A DNA stretch of 56,055 bases from Acidobacteriota bacterium (lineage in GTDB: Bacteria; Acidobacteriota; UBA6911). Position 1 is the stretch's first letter. The number at the start of each line of letters is the position of its first letter. Shown here one piece after another: positions 29,646-36,829 of this stretch. The stretch is from positions 1-56,055 of the forward strand of contig JAFNAG010000012.1 in NCBI GenBank assembly GCA_017860135.1, written 5' to 3'. The notes under the pieces were generated by a model. That model saw only the letters and a program-made list of their open reading frames with translations. It ran no database searches and was not told the DNA's origin. The position numbers and the translations under genes were made by a program.

Positions 29646-29691
29646 GCAACCGCGAAATGCCGGGAAGGATGTCCCCGCACCTCGCGGTTGC
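29646..29691 (-). promoter_or_regulatory. structured 5' leader hairpin of the methyltransferase operon, downstream of a TATAAT box
   Basis: A perfect 10-bp stem, GCAACCGCGA ... TCGCGGTTGC, encloses a 26-nt loop. A TATAAT sits on the minus strand at 29715-29710, upstream of the hairpin. The TTG start is at 29624. Confidence 0.4.
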
Positions 29692-29778
29692 TTCTATGGA
29701 ATTCCGAATATTATATGCACAGCATCATAAGTCCCGACAGGGTTTCGGGCCGAATTGAGTTAGAAAAAACAAAAACGA

Positions 29779-30005
29779 ACCACAGAGAGCACTGAGATCA
29801 CAGAGATATCCCAGGTTTGCCCGGGGGCGCCTTCGGCCGCGATTCACGTCCGGGAGCGGCGGGAAAGCCATCAAACCCTCGCATGGAACCGATAATGGGA
29901 GCGGCTTTCCCGCCGCTCCCGGACGTGAATCGCGCAACGCGGAGCGTTGGCCCCCGGGCATGAATCGCGGCATTCCCCCTCCGTGATCTCAGTGGTCTCT
30001 GTGGT
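29779..30005. repeat. 227-bp nested palindromic element (REP/MITE-like) between fhs and the methyltransferase operon
   Basis: There are three nested arm pairs. 29842-29869 pairs with 29903-29930 (28/28 perfect). 29819-29828 pairs with 29950-29959 (10/10). 29779-29805 pairs with 29979-30005 (25/27). Confidence 0.8.
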
Positions 30006-30115
30006 GAAAATGCGATCGATCCTGACTTCACCAGGCGTAAATGTATTTCGCGGCCACGATCCAGGGCTAATAATCTGATCGATGGCTGCAACGATATTCC
30101 TGGTTCCGCAGCAGG

Positions 30116-31879
30116 TCAGAAAAGACCCTTTACATCACCGGTGGCGACGTCCACATCCACACGGCGGAAACCGGGATTCGAACCGGTCCCGGGCATCAGG
30201 CTGATGCTCCCCGCGAGCGGGCAGAGGAACTTCGCTCCTGAGAAGATCAGCACGTCGCGGATCGGGACAACCCATCCCTTGGGAACTCCCTTCAGCGCCG
30301 GATCATGGGTGAGACTCAGGTGTGTCTTGACCATGAGTGTCGCGTAGTCGGCGTATTTGGGGTCGGCTTCCAGCATCTTTGCTTTCGCGGCGGCTTCGGG
30401 CGTCCAGGAGACTCCATCGGCACCATAGACCTCCCGCGCGATGATTTCAACGCGTTCCCTCAGCTTCTTTTCCAGAGGGTAGAGGTAGTGGAAATCAGTC
30501 TTGTCGTTGCAGGCCTCGATCACGGCTTCGGCCAACTCCACGCTTCCTTCGCCTCCTCTGGCCCACTGTTCGGACACCGCGCACCGCGCTCCTGCCGCCT
30601 CGGCAGCCTTGCGGATCAGGGCGATCTCGTCCTTCGTGTCGGTCGCAAAGCTATTTATGCAGACCACGGGATTGATCCCTGCCTTCCGGATGATGCCGAT
30701 GTGATGGACCATGTTCGGGATCCCGTTTTCGAGCAGCGCGAGGTTCTCCCTGGTGTATTCCACCGGCAGTGGAACGCCGGGCACGACCGTGGGACCGTTG
30801 CCGTGCATCTTGAGTGCCCGGACGGTGGCCGTGAGCACCGAGGTGCTGGGAACCATGCCGGCATAGCGGCACTTGACGTTCCAGAACTTCTCGAAGCCGA
30901 TGTCGGCGCCGAACCCGCTCTCGGTGACGTGATAATCGAAGAGCTTGAGTCCGACACGGTCGCCGATGATGGAGGACTGTCCCACGGCAATATTTGCGAA
31001 CGGGCCGGCGTGCACCATGCAGGGCTGGTACTCGGCGGTGCAGCAGAGTGTCGGGTTAATCGTGTTGCGCATCCATGCGCACATGGCGCCTGCCACTTCG
31101 AGATCGGACGTTGTGACCGGCTTCCCGTACTTGTCGAATGCCAGGGTGATGTTGCCCAGTCGTTCCCGCAGATCAGCCAGATCGCGCACGATTGCGAGGA
31201 TCGCCATCAGTTCCGAGCTGGGGATGATGTTGAACTGGGACCTCATCATGTAGCCGTCGTTGCTGCCGCCAATGCCGATGATCATGTTGCGCAGCGCCTG
31301 CGCACAAAAATCCATGACCCAGGTGAATTCCACGCGTGTCGGGTCGATGTCCAGGCGCCGCATTTTGGACAGCTTCTGCAGTTTCTCGTCGCTGTAATTC
31401 CTTTCATGCTGCATGCGGGCGGTCAGGGCTACCATCGCCAGGTTATGGGCGTTCTGGATGTCGTTGAGGTCACCTGTCAAACCCAGCGAAAACTCGGTCA
31501 TCGGGATCAGCAGTGCGTTGCCGCCGCCGGCTGCTGTCCCCTTGATGTTCATGGTCGGACCGCCGGACGGCTGGCGAATGCAGCCCCCGACGTTCTTACC
31601 CAGTTTCCCCAGGCCCTCCAGCAGGCCCATGGACGTTGTGGTTTTCCCCTCTCCCAGGGGGGTCGGTGTAATCGCCGTTACTTCGATGAACTTGCCGTCG
31701 GGACGGTTCTTGAGGCGGTCGATGATCTTGAGGAAATTGAGCTTGCAGACTCTGCCCATAGGCAGAATCTCGTCTTCCTGCAGCCCCAGCCTTTCTCTCC
31801 ATGCCGCCGGAGAGGGCATGTTTTTTTCTGCAGCCTGGGCAATCTCCCAGTCGGCCATCTTTGTTGCATCGTAGGGCAT
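30116..31879 (-). CDS. fhs: formate-tetrahydrofolate ligase
   Basis: It carries the [16 protein letters not shown]-loop and is FTHFS-like over the full length. The RBS is GGAGGA. Confidence 0.95.
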   Translation of the reverse strand: MPYDATKMADWEIAQAAEKNMPSPAAWRERLGLQEDEILPMGRVCKLNFLKIIDRLKNRPDGKFIEVTAITPTPLGEGKTTTSMGLLEGLGKLGKNVGGCIRQPSGGPTMNIKGTAAGGGNALLIPMTEFSLGLTGDLNDIQNAHNLAMVALTARMQHERNYSDEKLQKLSKMRRLDIDPTRVEFTWVMDFCAQALRNMIIGIGGSNDGYMMRSQFNIIPSSELMAILAIVRDLADLRERLGNITLAFDKYGKPVTTSDLEVAGAMCAWMRNTINPTLCCTAEYQPCMVHAGPFANIAVGQSSIIGDRVGLKLFDYHVTESGFGADIGFEKFWNVKCRYAGMVPSTSVLTATVRALKMHGNGPTVVPGVPLPVEYTRENLALLENGIPNMVHHIGIIRKAGINPVVCINSFATDTKDEIALIRKAAEAAGARCAVSEQWARGGEGSVELAEAVIEACNDKTDFHYLYPLEKKLRERVEIIAREVYGADGVSWTPEAAAKAKMLEADPKYADYATLMVKTHLSLTHDPALKGVPKGWVVPIRDVLIFSGAKFLCPLAGSISLMPGTGSNPGFRRVDVDVATGDVKGLF

Positions 31880-31904
31880 TCTGGAATCCTCCGTCCGGAA
31901 ACAC

Positions 31905-31978
31905 GGCGACAGGCGCCGCGATTCCGATTGAGATTATGATTGGATTATTTCATTAGGGGAAAAGCGGCGCCTGTCACC
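31905..31978 (-). repeat. 15-bp inverted repeat enclosing a 44-nt AT-rich loop between panB and fhs
   Basis: GGCGACAGGCGCCGC (31905-31919) pairs with GCGGCGCCTGTCACC (31964-31978) at 14/15 positions. The right arm overlaps the panB stop codon. Confidence 0.6.
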
Positions 31979-32837
31979 GTTTTTCTTCCAGGAGCTCGCA
32001 AAACCTTGTCCACTCTTCATCCGGCATCTGGAACCAGTTTTCCGGCTGGGGGAAAGTGCGCCCCGTCACTTCCGCGACATACTGGTTCAGGCCGTCCTGA
32101 ATTACCTTGCCGGCGTCGGCGTATACCTTGGCCATTTTGGGCTTGAAGTTGGGATACAGCCCGAACATGTCGTGGTAGATCAACAACTGGCCGTGGGCGT
32201 ATGGTCCGGAACCAAGGCTGATTATGAAACAGTTTTTGGCCCGCTCGGTAATTACCTTGCACACCCGGTCGGGCACCATTTCCAGGAGGATGGAGTACGC
32301 GCCTGCCTCTTCCAGCGCCTTGGCGTCATCCACGATCTTCTTCGCCTGCAGCGCGCCTTTCCCCTGAACCCGGAATCCGCCAAGCGCGCTGGCGCTCTGG
32401 GGGGTCAAACCCAGGTGCCCCATTGCGGGAATTCCCGATCGGACGAGGGCCGCGAGGCGGTCGGCCATCTCAATGCCCCCTTCCAGCTTGACGGCGTTGC
32501 AGCCAGCCTCGGCCATGAAGCGGCCGGCGTTGCGGATAGCGGTTTCGATGCTCGGCTGGTAGCTCATATAGGGCATATCCCCGATCAGCCAGGCGTTCGG
32601 GGCGCCGCGACGCACTGCCTGCGCATGCCGGATCATGTCCTCCATGGTCACCGGCAGGGTGCCATCGAAACCGAGTATGGTCATTCCGAGGCTGTCTCCG
32701 ACAAGGATGATGTCGATGCCGGCCCGCTCCTGGAGCACGGCGGTCGGATAGTCGTAGCAAGTAAGCATGCTGATCGGGTGTCCGTCGGCGACTTTCTTAA
32801 AAAGGGATGGCAAAGTCGCCTTCTTTCTTTCGCTCAT
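31974..32837 (-). CDS. panB: 3-methyl-2-oxobutanoate hydroxymethyltransferase (ketopantoate hydroxymethyltransferase)
   Basis: PanB motifs are present: MLTCYDYP, LVGDSLGM, VKLEGG. The ATG at 32837 is preceded by GGAGG. The longer listed ORF N-terminus is not PanB-like. Confidence 0.92.
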   Translation of the reverse strand: MSERKKATLPSLFKKVADGHPISMLTCYDYPTAVLQERAGIDIILVGDSLGMTILGFDGTLPVTMEDMIRHAQAVRRGAPNAWLIGDMPYMSYQPSIETAIRNAGRFMAEAGCNAVKLEGGIEMADRLAALVRSGIPAMGHLGLTPQSASALGGFRVQGKGALQAKKIVDDAKALEEAGAYSILLEMVPDRVCKVITERAKNCFIISLGSGPYAHGQLLIYHDMFGLYPNFKPKMAKVYADAGKVIQDGLNQYVAEVTGRTFPQPENWFQMPDEEWTRFCELLEEKR

Positions 32838-32983
32838 AGTGCCTCCAAATAGCCAACCGTTGTGAATCCGGCTCTCGCTCCGCCGTGACGTGCTCCGGTC
32901 GAGCCGGCGCAGATGCCCCGTTCTGGCGGGAAGGGCCGTTGATATCACCCGATTCCGGGAAAGTCAAGCTCCACACCCGAAAC

Positions 32984-33222
32984 GAGTGCAAGCGGAAGTG
33001 AGACTCAATCCTCGCAAAATTTGGGTCGCGCGACGATCAACGACAAAAGGATGTATCAGTGGTCAATGGTCATTTGTCATCTGGCCGCTGGAAACCTTCG
33101 GCCCGTGCGGTCCTGATCGCGTTCGGAGCGGGTGAAGTACCCGAGCGCAGAGCCAACCTGCCGAGCCGCCAAATGATAATTGACAGATTCCTGTTTGTTG
33201 AGCCTCACTTCCGATTGCACCC
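32984..33222 (+). mobile_element. MITE copy B (239 bp), inverted relative to copy A
   Basis: The TIRs are GAGTGCAAGCGGAAGTGAGACTC (left) and, as the reverse complement of the right end, GGGTGCAATCGGAAGTGAGGCTC. It is flanked by a perfect 9-bp direct repeat, ACCCGAAAC, at 32975-32983 and 33223-33231. It differs from copy A mainly by a 7-nt internal duplication (GTGGTCA) and scattered substitutions. Confidence 0.85.
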
Positions 33223-33275
33223 ACCCGAAACCGGGGACTGTCGAACGAATTCAGGGAAACACAGGGCGGACGACA

Positions 33276-33284
33276 TGATAGAAT
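33276..33284 (+). promoter_or_regulatory. candidate extended -10 promoter (TGaTAGAAT) for the 421-aa unknown gene
   Basis: TG is at 33276-33277 and TAGAAT at 33279-33284. I see no good -35. It lies about 85 nt upstream of the ATG at 33370. Confidence 0.3.
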
Positions 33285-33369
33285 CGGGCCCGATCGAGTC
33301 AACGCTCGACATCTGGTGAGTATCGCCTGCAATCAGATGTCGGAGGCGAAATATCCAAGGAGACAACCC

Positions 33370-34635
33370 ATGCCAGAGCCGATGCAGAGCATGCTTAAAA
33401 TTCCGCAGCACAGGTTGGATGAGATCAATGCTATCCTGCTGAATCCGGACACCCGCGTCATCCAGGACCTGCTCGCGGTGGTGGCGCGCCACGGCACGCC
33501 CGAGGAGATTAACCGGAAAGCGGAGCAGGCCGGGCAGCTGCATTCCCTTCTCCAGCGCGTCCGCGAATCCAAGCCGGAGTACATCGAGGCGCTGCAATGG
33601 CTCGAAGCGCAGCGGGACCGGAAGGCGTTTATTTCGGTGGCCGATTATCGCCGCAAGGTGCTGGGGGACCGGGCTTCCTGCGTGCAGTTCCAGGACGATT
33701 TCGCTGTTACGCTCGAAATCAGCGCGGCGCAGTATTTCCCCTATGTGATTTCCGCCGCAGAGCGCGCCGTTGCAGAGGGCTCGCTGATGCCCGGACGATT
33801 CATCCGGGTGCGCAAAATGAAGGAACAGGAAGCGGACGGCGATCTGCCCGCCTTCATCGCCGCCATGCAGATCATCGGGGCCAGCTTTGTCGAAACGCTG
33901 GATACCAAAGGAACCGACGGCTCAAACATCCACCTCGGCGGCCCAGAGACGATTACCGGCTATTTTGGAGGTGTCGGCCAGCCGAACGACCACGTGCTGC
34001 AGTGGGCTGACGAATTCCTGTACTATTACACCCGCTATGGTGTGCGCCAGGTACTCAACATCAACGCAGGCACGGTCCTGGCGGGATATTTCCTGCACCG
34101 GCTTGGGGTCGACATCGAGTTCAAAATCTCTGTATATATGGGCAACGACAATCCGTATGCCGCCCTGTGGACACTGATCGGAGCTCGCCTTTTCGCCCGC
34201 AATGACGGCAGCACGCCGTTGATCGGATTCAACTGGAGCAACTCCATCAACAACGAGACGATGGAAATCACCGCGCAATTCCGCAAGGCGCTCGGCTTCG
34301 AGGACATCGTCCGCTTCGAGCACCATATTACGGAAACCTACAAGAGCATCGTGCGGCAGCCTTACAATCGCCGGGAGGAACTGGTCCGGGTTGCCGGCAG
34401 CATCGCCAACATCTCAGCCAAGCATGAAGGGGGGGACCCTGAGATCGAGCAGACCCGCAAACACCCTTCCGATATCCTGGATTATTTCCGCGACAAGGAG
34501 GAAGTCATATCCTCCGGAGATTGGGAGCACCTGCAGCAGAACTTCCTGGACAAGTTTGACGCCACGAACCGGACGGCCTGGGAACTGACGAAACATGGAC
34601 TCTCGTTTGTGGCCGCCCGGAAACTTCACCTGTGA
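33370..34635 (+). CDS. conserved-looking hypothetical protein, family not recognised
   Basis: The ATG at 33370 is preceded by AGGAGA with a 7-nt spacer. The composition is protein-like over 421 aa. An alternating beta/alpha-like pattern (VLNINAG, IEFKISVYMGNDNP, LIGFNWSNS, VRFEHHI) hints at a barrel enzyme. Confidence 0.7.
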   Translation: MPEPMQSMLKIPQHRLDEINAILLNPDTRVIQDLLAVVARHGTPEEINRKAEQAGQLHSLLQRVRESKPEYIEALQWLEAQRDRKAFISVADYRRKVLGDRASCVQFQDDFAVTLEISAAQYFPYVISAAERAVAEGSLMPGRFIRVRKMKEQEADGDLPAFIAAMQIIGASFVETLDTKGTDGSNIHLGGPETITGYFGGVGQPNDHVLQWADEFLYYYTRYGVRQVLNINAGTVLAGYFLHRLGVDIEFKISVYMGNDNPYAALWTLIGARLFARNDGSTPLIGFNWSNSINNETMEITAQFRKALGFEDIVRFEHHITETYKSIVRQPYNRREELVRVAGSIANISAKHEGGDPEIEQTRKHPSDILDYFRDKEEVISSGDWEHLQQNFLDKFDATNRTAWELTKHGLSFVAARKLHL

Positions 34636-34734
34636 TCCGGCAGGGGCGACGATCGGCGACTCCTGGTGCGGAACACCGCCACCCGAGAGCATAAGGAAGG
34701 GGAAGTTCGACTCTATCCTGTCTCAGGAGCACTC

Positions 34735-35283
34735 ATGACCGAGCGGATTTCCACCGTCACGCGCGTCACGGAGCACACGGAAGTTAAAGTCGTGCTGCGC
34801 ATAGCGGGCAGCGGGCAAGCGGCCATCCAAACCGGAGTTCCGTTTCTCGATCACATGCTGGCGCTGTTCGCGCACCACGGAACCTTCGACCTGGAAGTCG
34901 CCGCGCGCAGCAACGAAACGTATTCGAGCAGCCTGTTGGAAGATGTTGCCTTCTGCCTGGGTCTTGCGCTCGACAAGGCGCTCGGAGACCGGCAGGGAAT
35001 CGCGCGGTCAGGGCACGCCTTTGCGCCGGCAGAGGAATCCCTGGTGCGTGCTGTCGCCGATATTTCCGGTCAGTCCTTCCTCGTCTATCGGGTGCGCGCA
35101 TCTCCCGCCCTCCCGGGGGCAGCGGACCCCGCGGCTGTGGAGGTGTTTTGGACAGCCTTTGTCTCCCAGGCGCGCCTCAATCTCCACATCGAGCAGCTGT
35201 ACGGCGGAGAAGGATTGCCGGTCCTCGAGGCGGTATTCAGAGCGGCATCCCGCGCCTTGAGCGACGCCTGCCGTGTGCCCTAG
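34735..35283 (+). CDS. imidazoleglycerol-phosphate dehydratase (IGPD/HisB)-like protein lacking both His-His motifs
   Basis: The sequence is collinear with IGPD: TGVPFLDHML, HGTFDLEV, EDVAFCLGLAL, GIARSGHAFAP.EESL, DISGQ, LNLHI, LEAVFRAASRAL. The two HH dyads read SS (..SSSLLEDV) and LP (GEGLPVLEA). The ATG at 34735 follows AGGAGC. Confidence 0.75.
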   Translation: MTERISTVTRVTEHTEVKVVLRIAGSGQAAIQTGVPFLDHMLALFAHHGTFDLEVAARSNETYSSSLLEDVAFCLGLALDKALGDRQGIARSGHAFAPAEESLVRAVADISGQSFLVYRVRASPALPGAADPAAVEVFWTAFVSQARLNLHIEQLYGGEGLPVLEAVFRAASRALSDACRVP

Positions 35284-35309
35284 CATATCCGCGCAGCGGA
35301 CGTCCAGGT

Positions 35310-35355
35310 GGGATTTGGGATTTTGGATTGCCGGACCCAAATCCAAATTCCCAAA
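35310..35355. repeat. imperfect hairpin built from GGATTT(T)GG units and their complement (terminator-like)
   Basis: GGGATTTGGGATTTTGGATT - GCCGGA - CCCAAATCCAAATTCCCAAA, directly downstream of the stop at 35283. Confidence 0.55.
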
Positions 35356-35407
35356 CGGTTCCGCATCCGGATCCTTGCGCTCTTCTCATCCTGCGCAGGA
35401 GGGAAGC

Positions 35408-35416
35408 TGTTATAAT
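35408..35416 (+). promoter_or_regulatory. candidate extended -10 promoter (TGtTATAAT) for glgC
   Basis: TG is at 35408-35409 and TATAAT at 35411-35416. The glgC ATG is 25 nt further on, after GGGGGGAG. Confidence 0.4.
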
Positions 35417-35440
35417 CGGTCCATTCCATAGGGGGGAGTC

Positions 35441-36709
35441 ATGCAAGACGTGCTCGCTCTGGTGTTGGGCGGCGGCCGCGGCCAGCGGCTCTATCCTCTT
35501 ACCAAGTACCGCAGCAAGCCCGCCGTCCCACTGGCGGGGAAATACCGGATCATAGATATCCCGGTCAGCAATTGCCTGAATTCGGGCATCAATCGCATTT
35601 TTGTCCTTACCCAGTTCAACTCCGCCTCGCTCAACAAGCATATAGTCCAAACCTACAAATTCGACATTTTCGGAGAAGGGTTTGTCGACGTTCTGGCTGC
35701 CGAACAGACACCGGACGATCCGCACTGGTTCCAAGGAACCGCGGATGCGGTCCGGCAGAGCATCAAGCATTTTGCTCCATACAATGTCAGCCATGTCCTG
35801 ATCCTGTCCGGGGACCAGATATACCAGATGGACTTTCGCGAAATCCTGCAATTTCACAAGGACTCCGGTGCGGATATAGCGGTGGCGGGTTTGCCTGTGG
35901 CGGCTGCGGAAACCGCCGGACTCGGCGTCATGAAGGTGAGCGACGACTGGCGGGTAACCGCCTTCCACGAAAAACCACCACCCGAGGCTCTGGCGGACCT
36001 GCGTTGTCCGCAGTTGGATCGCCGCGCGCCGGGGGAAGGCCGGGAGTACCTGGCAAACATGGGAATCTATATGTTTCAAAAGGACTTCCTGGTCCAGGTG
36101 CTCAGCGGTTCCGGCGCCCTCGACTTCGGCAAAGACCTGATGCCCGAGGCAGTCGGGAAGTGTAAGGTTTCGGCCCATGTTTTCGACGGGTACTGGACGG
36201 ACATCGGCACAATCCGATCCTTTTATGAGGCTAATCTGGCATTGACGGCCAGCCAGCCGCGGTTCAACCTCTATGATGCCCGCAGGCCGTTTTTCACCCA
36301 TCCACGGTATCTTCCCGGCTCGAAGTTGAACAATTGTACTTTCCACCAATCCACTGTTGCAGACGGCTGCATCCTCAACGGCGCCGACATTACCCGCTCG
36401 ATCGTCGGAGTCCGGAGCCGCATCGGGACCGGGACCAAGATCAAAAACTCCATCATCATGGGTGCGGATTATTTCGAGGCGACGGAAGACCTCGCGGTGG
36501 CAGCAGATCAGTGCAAGCCACACCTGGGGATCGGAAACCACTGCACCATCATCAATGCTATCATCGACAAGAATGTGAGAATCGGCGACAACGTATCCAT
36601 CATCAATGCACACAATTTGCGGGAGAGAGACGAAGAAATTTACAACATACGGGACGGAATCATCGTGGTGCCCAAAGGCGCTACGATTCCCGCCGGAACC
36701 GTCATCTGA
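35441..36709 (+). CDS. glgC: glucose-1-phosphate adenylyltransferase
   Basis: The N-terminal motif is LGGGRGQRLYPLTKYRSKPAVP. A C-terminal left-handed beta-helix region is present. Confidence 0.93.
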   Translation: MQDVLALVLGGGRGQRLYPLTKYRSKPAVPLAGKYRIIDIPVSNCLNSGINRIFVLTQFNSASLNKHIVQTYKFDIFGEGFVDVLAAEQTPDDPHWFQGTADAVRQSIKHFAPYNVSHVLILSGDQIYQMDFREILQFHKDSGADIAVAGLPVAAAETAGLGVMKVSDDWRVTAFHEKPPPEALADLRCPQLDRRAPGEGREYLANMGIYMFQKDFLVQVLSGSGALDFGKDLMPEAVGKCKVSAHVFDGYWTDIGTIRSFYEANLALTASQPRFNLYDARRPFFTHPRYLPGSKLNNCTFHQSTVADGCILNGADITRSIVGVRSRIGTGTKIKNSIIMGADYFEATEDLAVAADQCKPHLGIGNHCTIINAIIDKNVRIGDNVSIINAHNLRERDEEIYNIRDGIIVVPKGATIPAGTVI

Positions 36710-36710
36710 C

Positions 36711-36829
36711 GAATTCGGAATAGGATGAATGTGGATTGTGGAATGCGGAACTATGTGAGCATCGGTTTAAGAAGTGCGAATTCCCCCTTTGACAAATTCC
36801 GCCTTCGATTCATTCCGCATTCCGAATTC
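36711..36829. repeat. palindromic element built from GGAATGCGGAAT-type units between convergent genes
   Basis: GAATTCGGAATAGGATGAAT (36711-36730) and GGAATGCGGAA (36740-36750) face ATTCATTCCGCATTCCGAATTC (36808-36829). The outer 11 nt are perfectly complementary. Confidence 0.6.

Noticed and set aside
30168-30192. tRNA T-arm-like GGTTCGAATCC motif on the minus strand.
   Set aside because: It lies inside fhs, in frame (ACC GGT TCG AAT CCC GGT TTC = TGSNPGF). The flanking bases do not form a 5-bp T-stem, and there is no acceptor or anticodon arm.
16107-33222. The two inverted MITE copies as ends of a 17-kb composite transposon carrying feoB and the C1 island.
   Set aside because: Each copy has its own perfect 9-bp duplication (TGTCCAATC and ACCCGAAAC), which indicates independent insertions. 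A composite transposition would give one shared duplication at the two outer ends only. The enclosed genes have native-looking GC.
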